A stretch of DNA of 63,994 bases, counting the filler, from Octopus bimaculoides (Eukaryota): the NCBI RefSeq assembly GCF_001194135.2. It is 6 parts of 6 records of this genome, joined end to end, with 100 filler letters (N's around TTAATTAATTAA, not from the genome) between each part and the next. Parts side by side here need not be neighbours in the genome. Positions count along the whole stretch, not along the records: positions 32,916 to 50,963 come from NC_068987.1; positions 51,064 to 62,042 come from NC_068983.1; 4 more parts are not named here. One strand, 5' to 3'. The notes under the pieces were generated by a model. The model did not search any database, was not told the DNA's origin, and saw only the letters and a program-made list of their open reading frames with translations. The position numbers and the translations under genes are program-made. This document shows, in pieces, positions 50,052 through 62,142 of the stretch (position 1 is its first letter; each line of letters starts with the position of its first letter).

Positions 50052-50930
50052 AACCAGAGAAAATGGCATGAAAAAACAACAAAGCGAGGGAGTTGTACAT
50101 ACAAACTATTAATGAGACGCTAGGAGAAGGAAACAACGAGTGGCTGTTTTATGTTTGGAGCATAGCTCTTCTTCGGAAAGAGGATACATAGTAAAGTGGA
50201 AAAGTAAATGAAGAAGGAGGAAAAAACGCATTCAGTCCTTGTGTTGAACCATTTTTGAAACGACCGCTAGTAGATGGGCAAATGATTACATGTGCTTGTT
50301 TGTGTGAGTGATCTGTGTGTCTCATAATGTGGTAGTGAGAGATCAGCAGCTACGGTGACAGATGTATGTATGCGTGGTTGTGGCAGTATGTGTGTGGTTT
50401 TGAATGTATGCGTATATAGGATGATCAGTAGTGATTCGAGGTATTTTGAAGGTATTTGAGAGGTAGTCTGACGTGTGTGTGAATGGGTGGATGCGGTTGT
50501 CTGTGAGTGTGTGCATATGTGTGTATGTGTGTGTGGTGTATGGGTGGTGTGTGTAGAGGCAAGTGCGCGTTCGTATGTGTGCGTGTGCATGTATGTAGGT
50601 GTATATATGTGTGTATGTATGTATGTATGTATGTATGTATATGTATGTCTATATCCGTTAGCATACACGCACATTTATAGGTGGGTGTTTAAGGAGGAAA
50701 CGCTAAACAATGATTGCCATGAATGGACGTGAAATAAGCAATGACAGAAAAATGATATAAACATCTTGCTTAATGCGAACCCGGAACAATTCCTTATCTC
50801 CTATATTGTTTCGGTACGACGTATCAAACTTGAAACATTAACATCTGTATTGTAATGTTACATAATGCATTCACTATTATATGGTTTCAATTTGAATTAT
50901 TTTCACTATGTTTATACACACACACAAACA

Positions 50931-50963
<33 letters not shown>

Positions 50964-51062
50964 NNNNNNNNNNNNNNNNNNNNNNNNNNNNNNNNNNNNN
51001 NNNNNNNTTAATTAATTAANNNNNNNNNNNNNNNNNNNNNNNNNNNNNNNNNNNNNNNNNNN

Positions 51063-51649
51063 NCAGTATTCAACTGGTACTTATTTTAGAGACTCCGAAA
51101 AGATGAAAGGCAAAGTCGACCTCGGTTGAATTTGAACTCACAATATGTGAAGATGGGACAAAATGCCGTTAAGCCTTTTTACCCGGCGTTGCTAATAATG
51201 ATTCTGCTAGTTCACCGCTTTAACAGTTTTATATATATTGAAATACTTGCTGTCTGAGGCTGGAAACCTCTTTGAATGCAGAATGTATTATAAGGTTCCC
51301 TCAATTTCGCAACGACAGGATAAGCTATAAAAGACATCAGACTGCAGAACCAGGTGACCCAATTTCAATTCCATAGCGTACTATTTTCCTCCTTACCCGC
51401 AGTTTAACACACTAGATACTTTGTGATATTACTCTACGCATACATTTATTCATGACTCACGCTGTATTGGTTAGTCAGGTAATTAGGCACTATAAACTTT
51501 AGCACCATTATTTCTCAGCGTTAATTGTCAGGACTGTAGTTGTGAGCAAAGTACTGCAGTAGTACTTTAGCGACATCAATTTCTGAACTGTTTTTATAAT
51601 TTCCCCTTGATGATATATCATTATTTTTTTTGGTGTGTCTTCTCACCCG

Positions 51650-51687
<38 letters not shown>

Positions 51688-52500
51688 TCTTTTAATCCCT
51701 TTTCTTTAGCTTCAGTCACAGGACCGTGGCCATACTGGAGCACTGCCTTGAAGGCTACTTACTTCATTTGTCTTTTGTCGAGCTACCAGATTATTGGAAC
51801 GTAAAGAAACCTTCACCGGTTGTCAAACNNNNNNNNNNNNNNNNNNNNNNNNNNNNNNNNNNNNNNNNNNNNNNNNNNNNTGTCAAACCGACAGGAAGAA
51901 GGTGGGGGCGAACACAAACAAAAAGATTCATACACACACATTTGCAGTGTTTTTTAGGACTTCTGTTTTCACATCCTGGTGCGTTCAAATCTCGCAAAGT
52001 TGAACTTTGCCTTCCATTTTTTAGATATCCTTTTCTTTTCTACTCTAGGCACAAGGCCCGAAATTTTTGGGGAGGGAGCCAGTCGATTAGATCGACCCAG
52101 TACACAACTGGTACTTAGTTTATTGACTCCGTAAGGATGAAAAGCAAAGTTGATCTCGGCGGAGGTTGAACTCAGAATGTGAAGACAGACCAAATACCGC
52201 TAAGCATTTCGCCCGGCGTGCTAACGATTCTGCCAGCTCACCGCTTTTAATAATTATTCTTACTCTAGGCAGAAGGCCTTGAAAATTTTGGGGGCAAATA
52301 AGTAACTGGTACTTATTTTATCGACCCCGAAAGGATGAAAGGCAAAATCGACCTCGGCGGAATTTGAACTCAGAATGNNNNNNNNNNGATGAATGGCAAA
52401 ATCGACCTCGGCGGAATTTGAACTCAGAATGTAGTGGCAGACGAAATACCGCTAAGCATTTCGCCTGGCGTGCTAACAGTTCCTGCCAGCTCACCACTAT
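51063..52500 (-). mobile_element. Cluster of SINE family B copies (51063-51222, 52020-52250, 52265-52500) plus a family A 3' module (about 51690-51950)
   Basis: Repeated GGATGAAAGGCAAAGTCGACCTCGGCGGAATTTGAACTCAG..CCGCTAAGCATTTCGCCCGGCGTGCTAAC..TGCCAGCTCACC. Confidence 0.88.
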
Positions 52501-52569
52501 CTTTTACCTAAATAATAAACTTTATATTTGAGGTATTTAGTTATTTTACATATTTTTATCGTGTGATCA

Positions 52570-52808
52570 AGTGATTGACCAGACTATCAGATATTGTTAT
52601 ACATCGCCGGTCCCAGTGCGCTTCGCATCGTTTTAGCTTTCGGATGATACTACTCCCATTGCTGGAGGTTTACATTTGAGTGGACTGGAGCAACGTGAAA
52701 TTAAGCGTTTTGCTCAAGAACGCAATGAGCTGCTCGGTTGAGAAATCGAACCCATGATCTAGCGATCACGAGTACAGCACATTAACCACTAGGCCACGCG
52801 CCTTCACA
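52570..52808 (-). mobile_element. SINE family C
   Basis: GAGTGGACTGGAGCAACGTGAAAT..GCTCAAGAAC..ATCGAACCC..AACCACTAGGCCACGCGCC. Confidence 0.8.
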
Positions 52809-52869
52809 TATATGTTATAATTTTTGTAAAAGATAATTCCACACTATCTTTACGAAGTGGTTTACTTAC

Positions 52870-53550
52870 CTCGCCTGCATCAGGCATACTCATCTGCCTG
52901 CTGTGACCAAAACCTGCTCCACGCCTGGGCCACGACATACCATAGTCGGAAGAAGGTTGTTGAGCAAAGAACTGCTTTCGCGCTGTTATTGGAGATACAT
53001 TATCAGTGCTGACGCTTCTTGTTGGTACAGAAAGATTTGGTGACACTGGCTGAAACGACGACGGTGACGGTATAGTTGTCGCTGAAGTAGACATACGTGG
53101 CAGCATTGATGACATCGGCAGATTAAGAGAAGTTGCTGATGTCGTGGTAGCTAAAGGTTCTGTTTTTGCTGGCATCTGTTCTTTTTGGGTGGTCGAGACA
53201 GAGAAAATAACTTCTTGGTTGTCCATCGATATGCTTTTGATTAACGTTTTGTTTTTAGGTAATTCCCCTGAAAGAGAGGAGGCTGCTTGCAAACCGCTTA
53301 CGGTAACTGAGTGAGGTTTTTGTTTAGAAATTCGTGAGGGAGATGGTGAGCGAGATTTGGTATGACTTGTGTTATAACTCATTGTCAGTTGTGGAGATAA
53401 CAAATCTGTTGAAGAAGTCGTTACGGTCATCTTCTGAAGAGCATCACTAGTGTGGCTTCGTGTGATACCATTGCCTGCTGACACTGGTGATAACAATCCT
53501 GATGATGTATCCGGACCGAGAACATTTTCAAGCTCTTTGTGCAGTTCTAA
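52870..53550 (-). CDS. Large Ser/Thr/Pro-rich exon (681 nt if phase 0-0) of the SOGA/MTCL-like gene
   Basis: 227-codon open frame (LELHKELENVLGPDTSSGLLSPVSAG...SRQMSMPDAGE) with strong donor GAG|GTAAGT. In-phase acceptor CCCAG at 53551-52; a stronger-looking acceptor at 53570-71 would need a phase-2 donor. Confidence 0.85.
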
Positions 53551-54414
53551 CTGGGTACTGGAGAGACTTCTAATTATGAAAGAAACAAAAAACCAAAAAC
53601 GTCACTTAATAACGACCGAAAACATTCGACCAAAAAACGTACGAGCGTTTCATCACAACCAACAAAATAGTTACTTGCAGAATGTGATATGAAGAGGATA
53701 AAAGTTTGAGTAAAATCAACATTTGGATTTAAAATATTCCACCATAGATATCTTCGTTATTTTTTACTTGTTTCAGTCATTGGACTGCATCCATGCTGTG
53801 GCACCACCTAGAAGGGTATGGTCGAATAAATCGGCCCCATTACATATTTTTTGAGTCTAGCATTTATTCTATTTGTCACTTTTACCGTGCCGCAAAGTTA
53901 CGGAAACTTAAACAAATCAACACTGTTTGCCAAATGGCGAGAGGAGAACAAACGTAAAGACACAAGCATACATATTCACGACTTTCTTCCAAGCAGTCTC
54001 CTTCCACCAAATTCACTCATAAAGCATTGGTCGGTCCAGGACCATAAAAACACTTGTTCATGGTTCAGTACAGTGTCACAAAACTCGAGACCATGTGGCT
54101 GTAAAGCGGGTTTGGTAAAAATTCGAATTAGTTATGTCCATCCATGTGTTACAACACTCTCTAGAAATCAATACAATACAATTCAAAAAGACAGAACAAT
54201 GGAATTTAAGCTTCATTTAAATATTTAATATTGAGAGACTTACCTTCTTACTTGAGACTGAACTTCCCGATCTTTGGTGTCGATATATCGAATGAGATCA
54301 TCTGTCATTGTATTTAATACAATTGAAACCTGCGATTAGAAAAGACGGGTTTGTATTGGTTTTAGATTATCGATGTTAATATTTCGGACATTGTATCACA
54401 ATGGACATCAAATC

Positions 54415-54742
54415 GATCTTTTGTCCTTTACTTCTTTCAGTCATTAGACCGTGACTATGGTGGGACAACGCCTAGAAGCATTTTTAGTCCAATGAATCAA
54501 CCACAGTCCTTAATTTTTAAAGCCTGGTGATTATTTTATTAGTCTCTATTGCGGTGGACACACACACACACACACATGACGGGTTTCTTTCAGTTTCCAT
54601 CTACTAAGTCTACTCGCAAGGCTTTGGTCCGTCCGAGGCTATAGTAGAAAACACTTGCCCAAGGTGCCACGCAGTGGGACTGAACCTGGTTGCATGTGGT
54701 TGGGAGGCAAGCTTTTTATCATACAACCACGCCTGCGCCTAC
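54415..54742 (-). mobile_element. SINE family A, both modules
   Basis: Reverse complement of head, body and 3' module; another 3' module lies at about 53755-53950. Confidence 0.82.
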
Positions 54743-55298
54743 ATCACAGAAAGTTTTAAGAAATAGTGTTAAAGTAAGAAAAGAAAATTAGAAAAATACG
54801 GAGAATTGTTGCTTAGATTGTATTAAATAAAATTTTGAATAACCATTTTTCAAGACATTCAAACATTAATATGGATCATCTAAAGAGTTAAAGTGTTTAT
54901 TTAAACAACTTCAGCGCATCTAGATGTTTCTAGGATTGTTGGAGAATTCACATATCCTATTAATATACCCAAGTGTATATGAAACCCGTCTCACGATAAT
55001 CTCCGGGGATTATATAGAAAAGATATCAGGCTTTGTTTTTGATAACATTCACTGTTGTTCCCTTCAATGACTTCTTCACAGAACACATCAAAATTTGTTG
55101 GAAACTAATCTAAGTTTGATAACAATAAAGAAAATAGGCATTTATCTGTTCTAACATGCATGCATGTATGTATGTATGTATGCATGCATGTATGTATGTA
55201 TGTATGTGTATGTACGTATGTATGTATATAAGTATATATATGTGTGTATATATATGCGTATATATGTATATATATATATATCTATATGTATATATATG

Positions 55299-55351
<53 letters not shown>

Positions 55352-55853
55352 NNNNNNNNNNNNNNNNNNNNNNNNNNNNNNNNNNNNNNNNNNNNNNNNN
55401 NNNNNNNNNNNNNNNNNNNNNNNNNNNNNNNNNNNNNNNNNNNNNNNNNNNNNNNNNNNNNNNNNNNNNNNNNNNNNNNNNNNNNNNNNNNNNNNNNNNN
55501 NNNNNNNNNNNNNNNNNNNNNNNNNNNNNNNNNNNNNNNNNNNNNNNNNNNNNNNNNNNNNNNNNNNNNNNNNNNNNNNNNNNNNNNNNNNNNNNNNNNN
55601 NNNNNNNNNNNNNNNNNNNNNNAAAAAAAAAAAAAAATTTATAAACTCATTATCATCAATTAGAATATTTTCTTTTTACAACAGAATTAGAAAATTTATG
55701 TTGTATGGTATTTGATATGCCTGTATTTATCTGTATCTCTCTCTTGTTGACATCTCATTCTACAGCAACCAGCACCCTACCAAAATACTCCCCTGCCGTG
55801 AAAAACAGTTAGAAATGAGGAAGAATAAAAGGGTGTGTAGTTACGTGAGAGAT

Positions 55854-55920
55854 ATTAGGATTTAATTAAGGAATCAACGAAATATTAGGATTTAATTAAG
55901 GATTAGGATTTAATTAAGGA
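55854..55920. repeat. Short minisatellite (ATTAGGATTTAATTAAGG) x3
   Basis: Direct reading. Confidence 0.85.
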
Positions 55921-56016
55921 AGCAAAGGAATTTATTATATTTTGAGTATTTTAACCAATAATCGTACGATAAAGAAAGACCTACTGAATATGTAAAAATC
56001 AAAATTAAAATGTGTA

Positions 56017-56267
56017 CAGTATCCCTCGACTATCGCGGGTGTTATTGATCCAAAACACTCCGCGATAGGTGAAAATCCGCGAAGTAGAAACAGTACTGTA
56101 CTGTATATTTAAAAAAAAAATTTTTATAATTTGCATATATTTATTTTATTATAAATGCAAAACAACACCTCAGAGGAATCGACGTAAGCTTAAATAAGAA
56201 ACCGCGATAGGTGAACCGCGATAGGTGAACCGCGTTAGGTGAACCGCGATATGACGAGGGATTACTG
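56017..56267. mobile_element. pogo/Tigger-like MITE with internal (ACCGCGATAGGTGA)n expansion
   Basis: TA|CAGTATCCCTCGACTATCGCGG ... ACGAGGGATTACTG|TA. Confidence 0.87.
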
Positions 56268-56319
56268 TATATGTGAAGTTCTGTAAATGATCGTATTGAT
56301 GGTATATAAGACACACAGC

Positions 56320-56565
56320 GAAGGCGCGTGGCTTAGTGGTAAGGATATTCGGATCACGATAGCCTGGTCATGCGTTCGATTCGCAGACAATGGGATCAAG
56401 TCGATTGCATCGACCCCAGTGCGTAACTGGTACTTATTTAATCGACCGGGAAAGGATGAAAGGCAAAGTCGACCTCGGCGGAATTTGAAGTCAGAACGTA
56501 ACGGCAGACGAAATACCGCTAAGCATTTCGCCCGGCGTGCTAACGATTCTGCCAGCTCACCTCCC
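56320..56565. mobile_element. tRNA-SINE head on + fused to a family B copy on -
   Basis: GGCGCGTGGCTTAGTGGT..GTTCGATTC on +, then CCAGTGCGTAACTGGTACTTATTTTAATCGACC..GCCAGCTCACC. Confidence 0.75.
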
Positions 56566-58016
56566 TTATTGGGGTGCATCTAATATACCTGGGAGTCTTT
56601 TATGTCATCAAATACGACATGTCATTAATTTAAATGTGAAAATTTGGAAGATATTGAATTTCAACATTGACACAAGGCTAGACTTTGCAGAAGAATAAAA
56701 ACCGATTGCATAGACTCCAGTATTGTAGATGTTTGGTGCCGGATATATCGAAATTAAGCGGAGAAAAGAAGACAAAATTAATTCCGATAGAATTTGAAAT
56801 CAGTTTTGAACTTAGGAAAACGAAACGAAATGTTTTGTACTTTTCTTTGAAAATCTCTAAATGATAATACATCGTTGTGTACTAGCTATGAATGTGTATA
56901 GTTGTACTGCTGATGGACTCTTCTAATAATAGTAATCCATTTGTTCATCAGAAGCTTTCGGCTGCATCACACATGCACTATAAATAAAGAACCCATTTAT
57001 CCTTTATCTTCTCGTTAGACATGTGTTAAAGTAATATCTTTTGTGCGTGGGTGGTTGGATGCTCACAAAACACTGAAATTTTCATTGCCTTCTTGTAATT
57101 CAAAGGAAGATATAAACAAGTAATTTCCTGTTGATTTTTCCCATAATTGTAGAAGGATGTGGAACCCCATGCCACGAACTAAAAGAAAACTCAGGTATTG
57201 TGTGTGGATTCTCTCGTCACTTCGACGAATGAAGGTTAACAAGAAACAGCTGCTCTGTGTTCTTCTGAAGAAAGTGTGAAGTTGTTGGAATCTAGGTTTG
57301 CTGAGCTATCTGTACGATAAACGTTATAGTGAACGTGATTTGGGCCGAGTTAGTTCCACTCTTTTGTCCTTAAATGCCACCAGCCTAGCAGTTTCCAAGA
57401 TGCAGGATTTGTATAGAATTACATTCCCTCAGATGAGTAGTTAAAAAGCAGAAGGGCCTCATCTGCTCGGAATTCGTTGGGGGTATCTGTCAGTAACGTT
57501 CTTCGAGACTCAGTTCCGTGACTTACCAATTATCACATAGCTGGGATCCTGACATTTTCTGCTACTCAGGGTCAGAGTAGACCTGGGAACAGTAGTAATT
57601 AAAAGGTGGTTCAACACTCCTCAAAACACTGGAATTCCCGAACCAGGGCCCTAAAACCAGATGCAGTTTAGAGTCTTCCCCAAAACATACTCAGATACAC
57701 AATTATATCAAACATTAACGAAGCGCAAGTGGTGCTGACAATAGCGAAATATTTACGTCTATATGACACATATACAACAACCACCAGTAAAACATTTCAT
57801 CGAGTAAGTGAAGTTAAATACAACAACCTAGCTAAGAAGCTAACCTGCCTCTAATCTGGCGTGATGCGATCTTCCAACAGCAATTACACTATGTTTAATT
57901 GCGTCTCTGATTTATTTAAATTCTAAAGAATATTGTTTCCATATGTTAACTGATGTACAGCATCGTGCATTTACTCAGTGATTCATTCATCACTACTTCA
58001 ACAAATATATTGAGGA

Positions 58017-58200
58017 TTATATTTCACTGATGAGGCCAGAAAAATTCCCGAACTCAGTAGCATAGTTAGTGGATGAGATGGGGGCGATGGAGGGCGGTGT
58101 GCCCCGAGAGACGTTTTTACGGGGTGGTACTGCTGGGTCTACTGCATAGGAGAAGTGGGGCGGAGATGAAATGCTCAAGGGCTTTTCTTGGCGGTACACA
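58017..58200 (-). CDS. Candidate Pro/Ser-rich exon (splicing unresolved)
   Basis: GC-rich unique island with open frame VYRQEKPLSISSPPHFSYAVDPAVPPRKNVSRGTPPSIAPISSTNYATEF. Nearby AGs all give phase 2, but the upstream exon ends in phase 0. Confidence 0.35.
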
Positions 58201-58309
58201 CTTCAAGAACGGCACTGCTTGAATTTGTAGTTTTGCAACCAGAAGAAGAAATAAAAATAACATTTCATTTTCCCTAGAGATTTATACTCCATAGATTAAA
58301 TACATCGGT

Positions 58310-58505
58310 ATCAAATTTTGGCACAAAGCCAGTAATTTCGTGGGAGGGGTAAGTCGATTACATCGACCCCCAAGTGTTCCACTGGCACTTGTTTTATCGA
58401 CCCCGAAAGGATGAAAGGCAAAGTCGATCCCGATGGCATTTAGACTCAGAACGTAAAGTCGGAAGAAATGCCGTATTTTTATCCAGCGCGGTAACGATTG
58501 TACCA
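58310..58505 (-). mobile_element. SINE family B
   Basis: TTTTATCGACCCCGAAAGGATGAAAGGCAAAGTCGA..ACTCAGAACGTAAAG. Confidence 0.85.
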
Positions 58506-58629
58506 TCGACATAGATTACACTTTAAACTTTACATACTAAATTTAGATTAGCAGTGGTGATGAGTTAATATTCCACAAATAATTAACAACAAAAACATAA
58601 CCAAATAAATAACGGAATTATCATATTAC

Positions 58630-58728
58630 CTGTGAAAAATGTTTGCTGCTTCTTGAAACAATGTTTGCATTGATTTCACCTTCTGGAGTTTTGTTATCAG
58701 TTTCCAATAGAGATTTGATGTGATTTAA
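58630..58728 (-). CDS. Exon (99 nt, phase 0-0) of the SOGA/MTCL-like gene
   Basis: TTTTTATTTCCAG| LNHIKSLLETDNKTPEGEINANIVSRSSKHFSQ |GTAATA. Confidence 0.85.
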
Positions 58729-58919
58729 CTGGAAATAAAAACAACGAAAATATAAATGTAGTCTTAGACCAGTTAAAGAGATGACAATAGCAGCCATTAT
58801 TTACAGCAAACACTAGATAATCATATTTTCTTTTATTTAATTATTCCATTACCAGTTTCAGCCAGAGGTTGTGGCCATACTGGACTACGACCATTAGCGC
58901 TTATGCTTGCTTATTTTAG

Positions 58920-59200
58920 ATTTACTTTCCGGTCCTCTTTACGGAATGGGCCTCTGTGAAGTAGTGAGTCGGAAAGAGCTGCCCTTCATTGCATTTCTCG
59001 CAATGAAGTGGGCCCATCTGGTATATCCGATAAAAATTTGTCTAATTGTTCCTTTTAGCATATCCACATTTATCCTTTGTAGATCTCTGACACCTTTTGG
59101 CAAGGTATTGAAAAATTTGGGCTTTGAAACTCTGTTACACTATTGGGTTCCTACTCCGGACGAAAAAAATTTCTAATTTCTTTTGTCAGTTTTAAAGTAA
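58920..59200 (-). mobile_element. CR1/L2-type LINE 3' end
   Basis: Minus pieces FQSPNFFNTLPKGVRDL, QLDKFLSDIPDGP and RAALSDSLL match CR1-type C-termini. Confidence 0.7.
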
Positions 59201-59408
59201 GATGAAAGAATAAATCTTATGGCTTTACCTTTTCAATAAACTTAAAACACAAGAGTTCAAATATGGAAAATGGTAATGTCTACACAATGGGTGCGTTATT
59301 TTAAATGTATATTTCTTTCGCTGCCATTGCTGTCCCACATGTGTGTGTGTATGTGTGTGCGTGTCTGTGTCAGTGTGTAAAAGTGTGCGTATATAAAGGT
59401 GTATATAA

Positions 59409-59544
<136 letters not shown>

Positions 59545-59791
59545 GTATACTTGTATTTTCATATACATACACAAATACATATGTGTGTGTATACATACAT
59601 ATATATGCATATATATGTGCATGCATATACATACACATATAAATAAATATAAATATACATATATATATACACATCTCTGTGCATGTATCCATGTGCATAT
59701 GTGTATATTTATGTATGTGTGTGCGTATGTATGTGTGTGTCTATGTGTGTCTGTGTGCCTGTAGCCAAAGATGTTAATCAATTATTCTTAC

Positions 59792-59971
59792 CTGGTATAA
59801 AAGATCTTCGATCTTGCGACTATCTTTTAGCAATCTCTGTCGCTGTTCCGTCAACTGACGCACCAATTCATTTTTCTCTATCAACCAGTTCTGTTGGTCT
59901 TTAACAGTTGTATCTTCCAAATCCTGATATTTGATTTTCAACTCGTCTAATTGTCTTCCGCTTGATTCCAG
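59792..59971 (-). CDS. Coiled-coil exon (180 nt, phase 0-0) of the SOGA/MTCL-like gene
   Basis: TTTCTTTTAAAG| LESSGRQLDELKIKYQDLEDTTVKDQQNWLIEKNELVRQLTEQRQRLLKDSRKIEDLLYQ |GTAAGA. Confidence 0.9.
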
Positions 59972-60349
59972 CTTTAAAAGAAATTTTAAAAAAAATAGTG
60001 ATTGGGACTTTTAAATAGAAATGCATACAAAAAAGTTTATCGAAAATAACATGACAATAAGCTAACAATGGGGCTTTTGGTGGTCACTGGACCTGCTAAA
60101 CACAACACCAAATCCTCCTCAAATTGTACCCGGCAATGCTAAAACAGACCGATAGAATAAGTGCCAAGCTTAAAAAAAAAGCGCTGGAATTGATTCGTTC
60201 GGTGCTGAAGTCTAATTACTGAAACAAGTAAAAGATAAAAGATAGGAGTGATTACAATCTATTAGTTTCACTTCACTTTCACCAAGTGATACCAATATAT
60301 TCCAACAGCTACAATAGTCACACCATCATCAATTTCTGGGCATTATTGA

Positions 60350-60792
60350 CTCCTGTTCTAGGCTTGAAAGAGCTCGTTGCCCGGTTTCCATGGCTTATAA
60401 GAGACCAAAGTTTCCCCTGAACAGTACGTTGCAGGTTTACTCATTTACAGCCGAGCGTGCTGGAGAAATGTAGAATGAAGTGTCTTGTTCAAGAACATTA
60501 AGTACCGCGCGATCGTGGTATGGAAACCACAATCTTGCGATTGTGAATACTTAACCACTAGGCCACGCGCATTCACAACAACAGTTATAAATGATTACTA
60601 CAAATTTTTGCCACAAGGGAAGCTTGTGGGAGGTGGGAATGAGTCGATTACATCGACCCCAGTGTTCAACTGGTACTTATTTTATCGATCCCGAAAGACC
60701 TCAGCGAAATTTGAACTCAGAACGTAGCGACCAGCGAAATACCGCTAAGCATTTCGTCCGGCGTGCTAACGATTCTGCCAACTCGCCGCCTT
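60350..60792 (-). mobile_element. SINE family C (60350-60575) followed by SINE family B (60600-60792)
   Basis: Same diagnostic blocks as at 52570 and 52020. Confidence 0.82.
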
Positions 60793-60836
60793 AAACAACA
60801 GTTATAAAACAATATATATATAATTTTTATGAATAC

Positions 60837-61091
60837 CCCAGCTAATTTCTTCTCAAGTTCTATTTTTTTCTTCTCCCACGTATCTCTTTCGCTTTCCAGA
60901 CGATTCATAAGTTGTTTCCTTTCTTTGGAATAAGCTTCATCACGAGATTTCAACTGTTTTTGCAAGTCCATGGCCAAGTTATGAGCTTCCGTCAATAACC
61001 TTTTCTGTTCGGAACGTTCTTTCTCCCAGACTTTCTTCGACATCATTTCGTCTTCACTGCTTTTCGACATGGTAACCATTTGGGTTTCAAG
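60837..61091 (-). CDS. MTCL1: Coiled-coil exon (255 nt, phase 0-0) with DUF4482-like segment; SOGA/MTCL1 family homologue
   Basis: TTTTGTTTTCTCTCCCTAG| LETQMVTMSKSSEDEMMSKKVWEKERSEQKRLLTEAHNLAMDLQKQLKSRDEAYSKERKQLMNRLESERDTWEKKKIELEKKLAG |GTATTC. The spacing MDL.KQ.......KE...L......ER..WE.......KK matches the KIAA0408/SOGA3 motif as I recall it. Family level only; the vertebrate paralogue cannot be assigned. Confidence 0.75.
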
Positions 61092-61172
61092 CTAGGGAGA
61101 GAAAACAAAAACAAGCTATGTCATTATAGTTGACAGGAACGGTGATAATTTTGTGTTTGTAAGCGTGTTTGT

Positions 61173-61221
<49 letters not shown>

Positions 61222-62142
61222 ATTTTCTTAGCCCTTTGACGTCTTGATTACTGGTACAGTTTCGCTGTTTAACAGAAAAGTTAAGCTTGTGCCCTTAAAG
61301 TGTATAGGGAATCTTTGCAAGAAAAATATTTTTCTAGCAATACATGTCCACATTTGCCAAATAGAATTACATTCCAATCTGGCCCCTGATCGTTTTTCTT
61401 TTTCTCCTTCCACCACTCCTTTATTTTCTCATTCTTTCTTTTCTTCTCTTTATTTTCGAATGAATGACAAGCATTTGAACTGTCAAAGAAGTTTTATCTT
61501 GCTTTTCAGTGTTAAACTACCAACACCTTTGTTAAATATTGTCTTTGTCCTTTTGTCTTCTAATTTTGCTCATTACCAAAATTAGAATTAAAAAAAATCG
61601 GCTCCATGTGGATTCTATATGTCATAAATTTCATAGAAAAATTAGCAAATAGGTTGTTTGATACCTAAAGGTCTTAGCAATGAATGTGAGATAAAAACTA
61701 TTGGTTTTGGAGAAGTTTGGATAAAGTCGAATTATACCGAAGATGTATTCCTAAAATGATTCTGTACACTGATGAGCCAGGGCATTAAAATGACTGATTT
61801 TCGCATTGGAGATGTTGGGGATTATCAAGAAATACATTTTAATATGTATGCAGTATAATTTATTGATGTTTGTAAAATAATGTGTTTCTTGTGGGAGTAT
61901 TTCAAAATATAGCTGAGTAATAGTAAAAAATATAGCTAAGTAATAGTAAAGGATCATAAGAATGTAGTAATGATGAGAAAATAAGAACAAACAAGATAAA
62001 CTGCTAGAAATGAAGCAGAGTAGAAACTTTTAGAGTACTTCTNNNNNNNNNNNNNNNNNNNNNNNNNNNNNNNNNNNNNNNNNNNNTTAATTAATTAANN
62101 NNNNNNNNNNNNNNNNNNNNNNNNNNNNNNNNNNNNNNNNNN

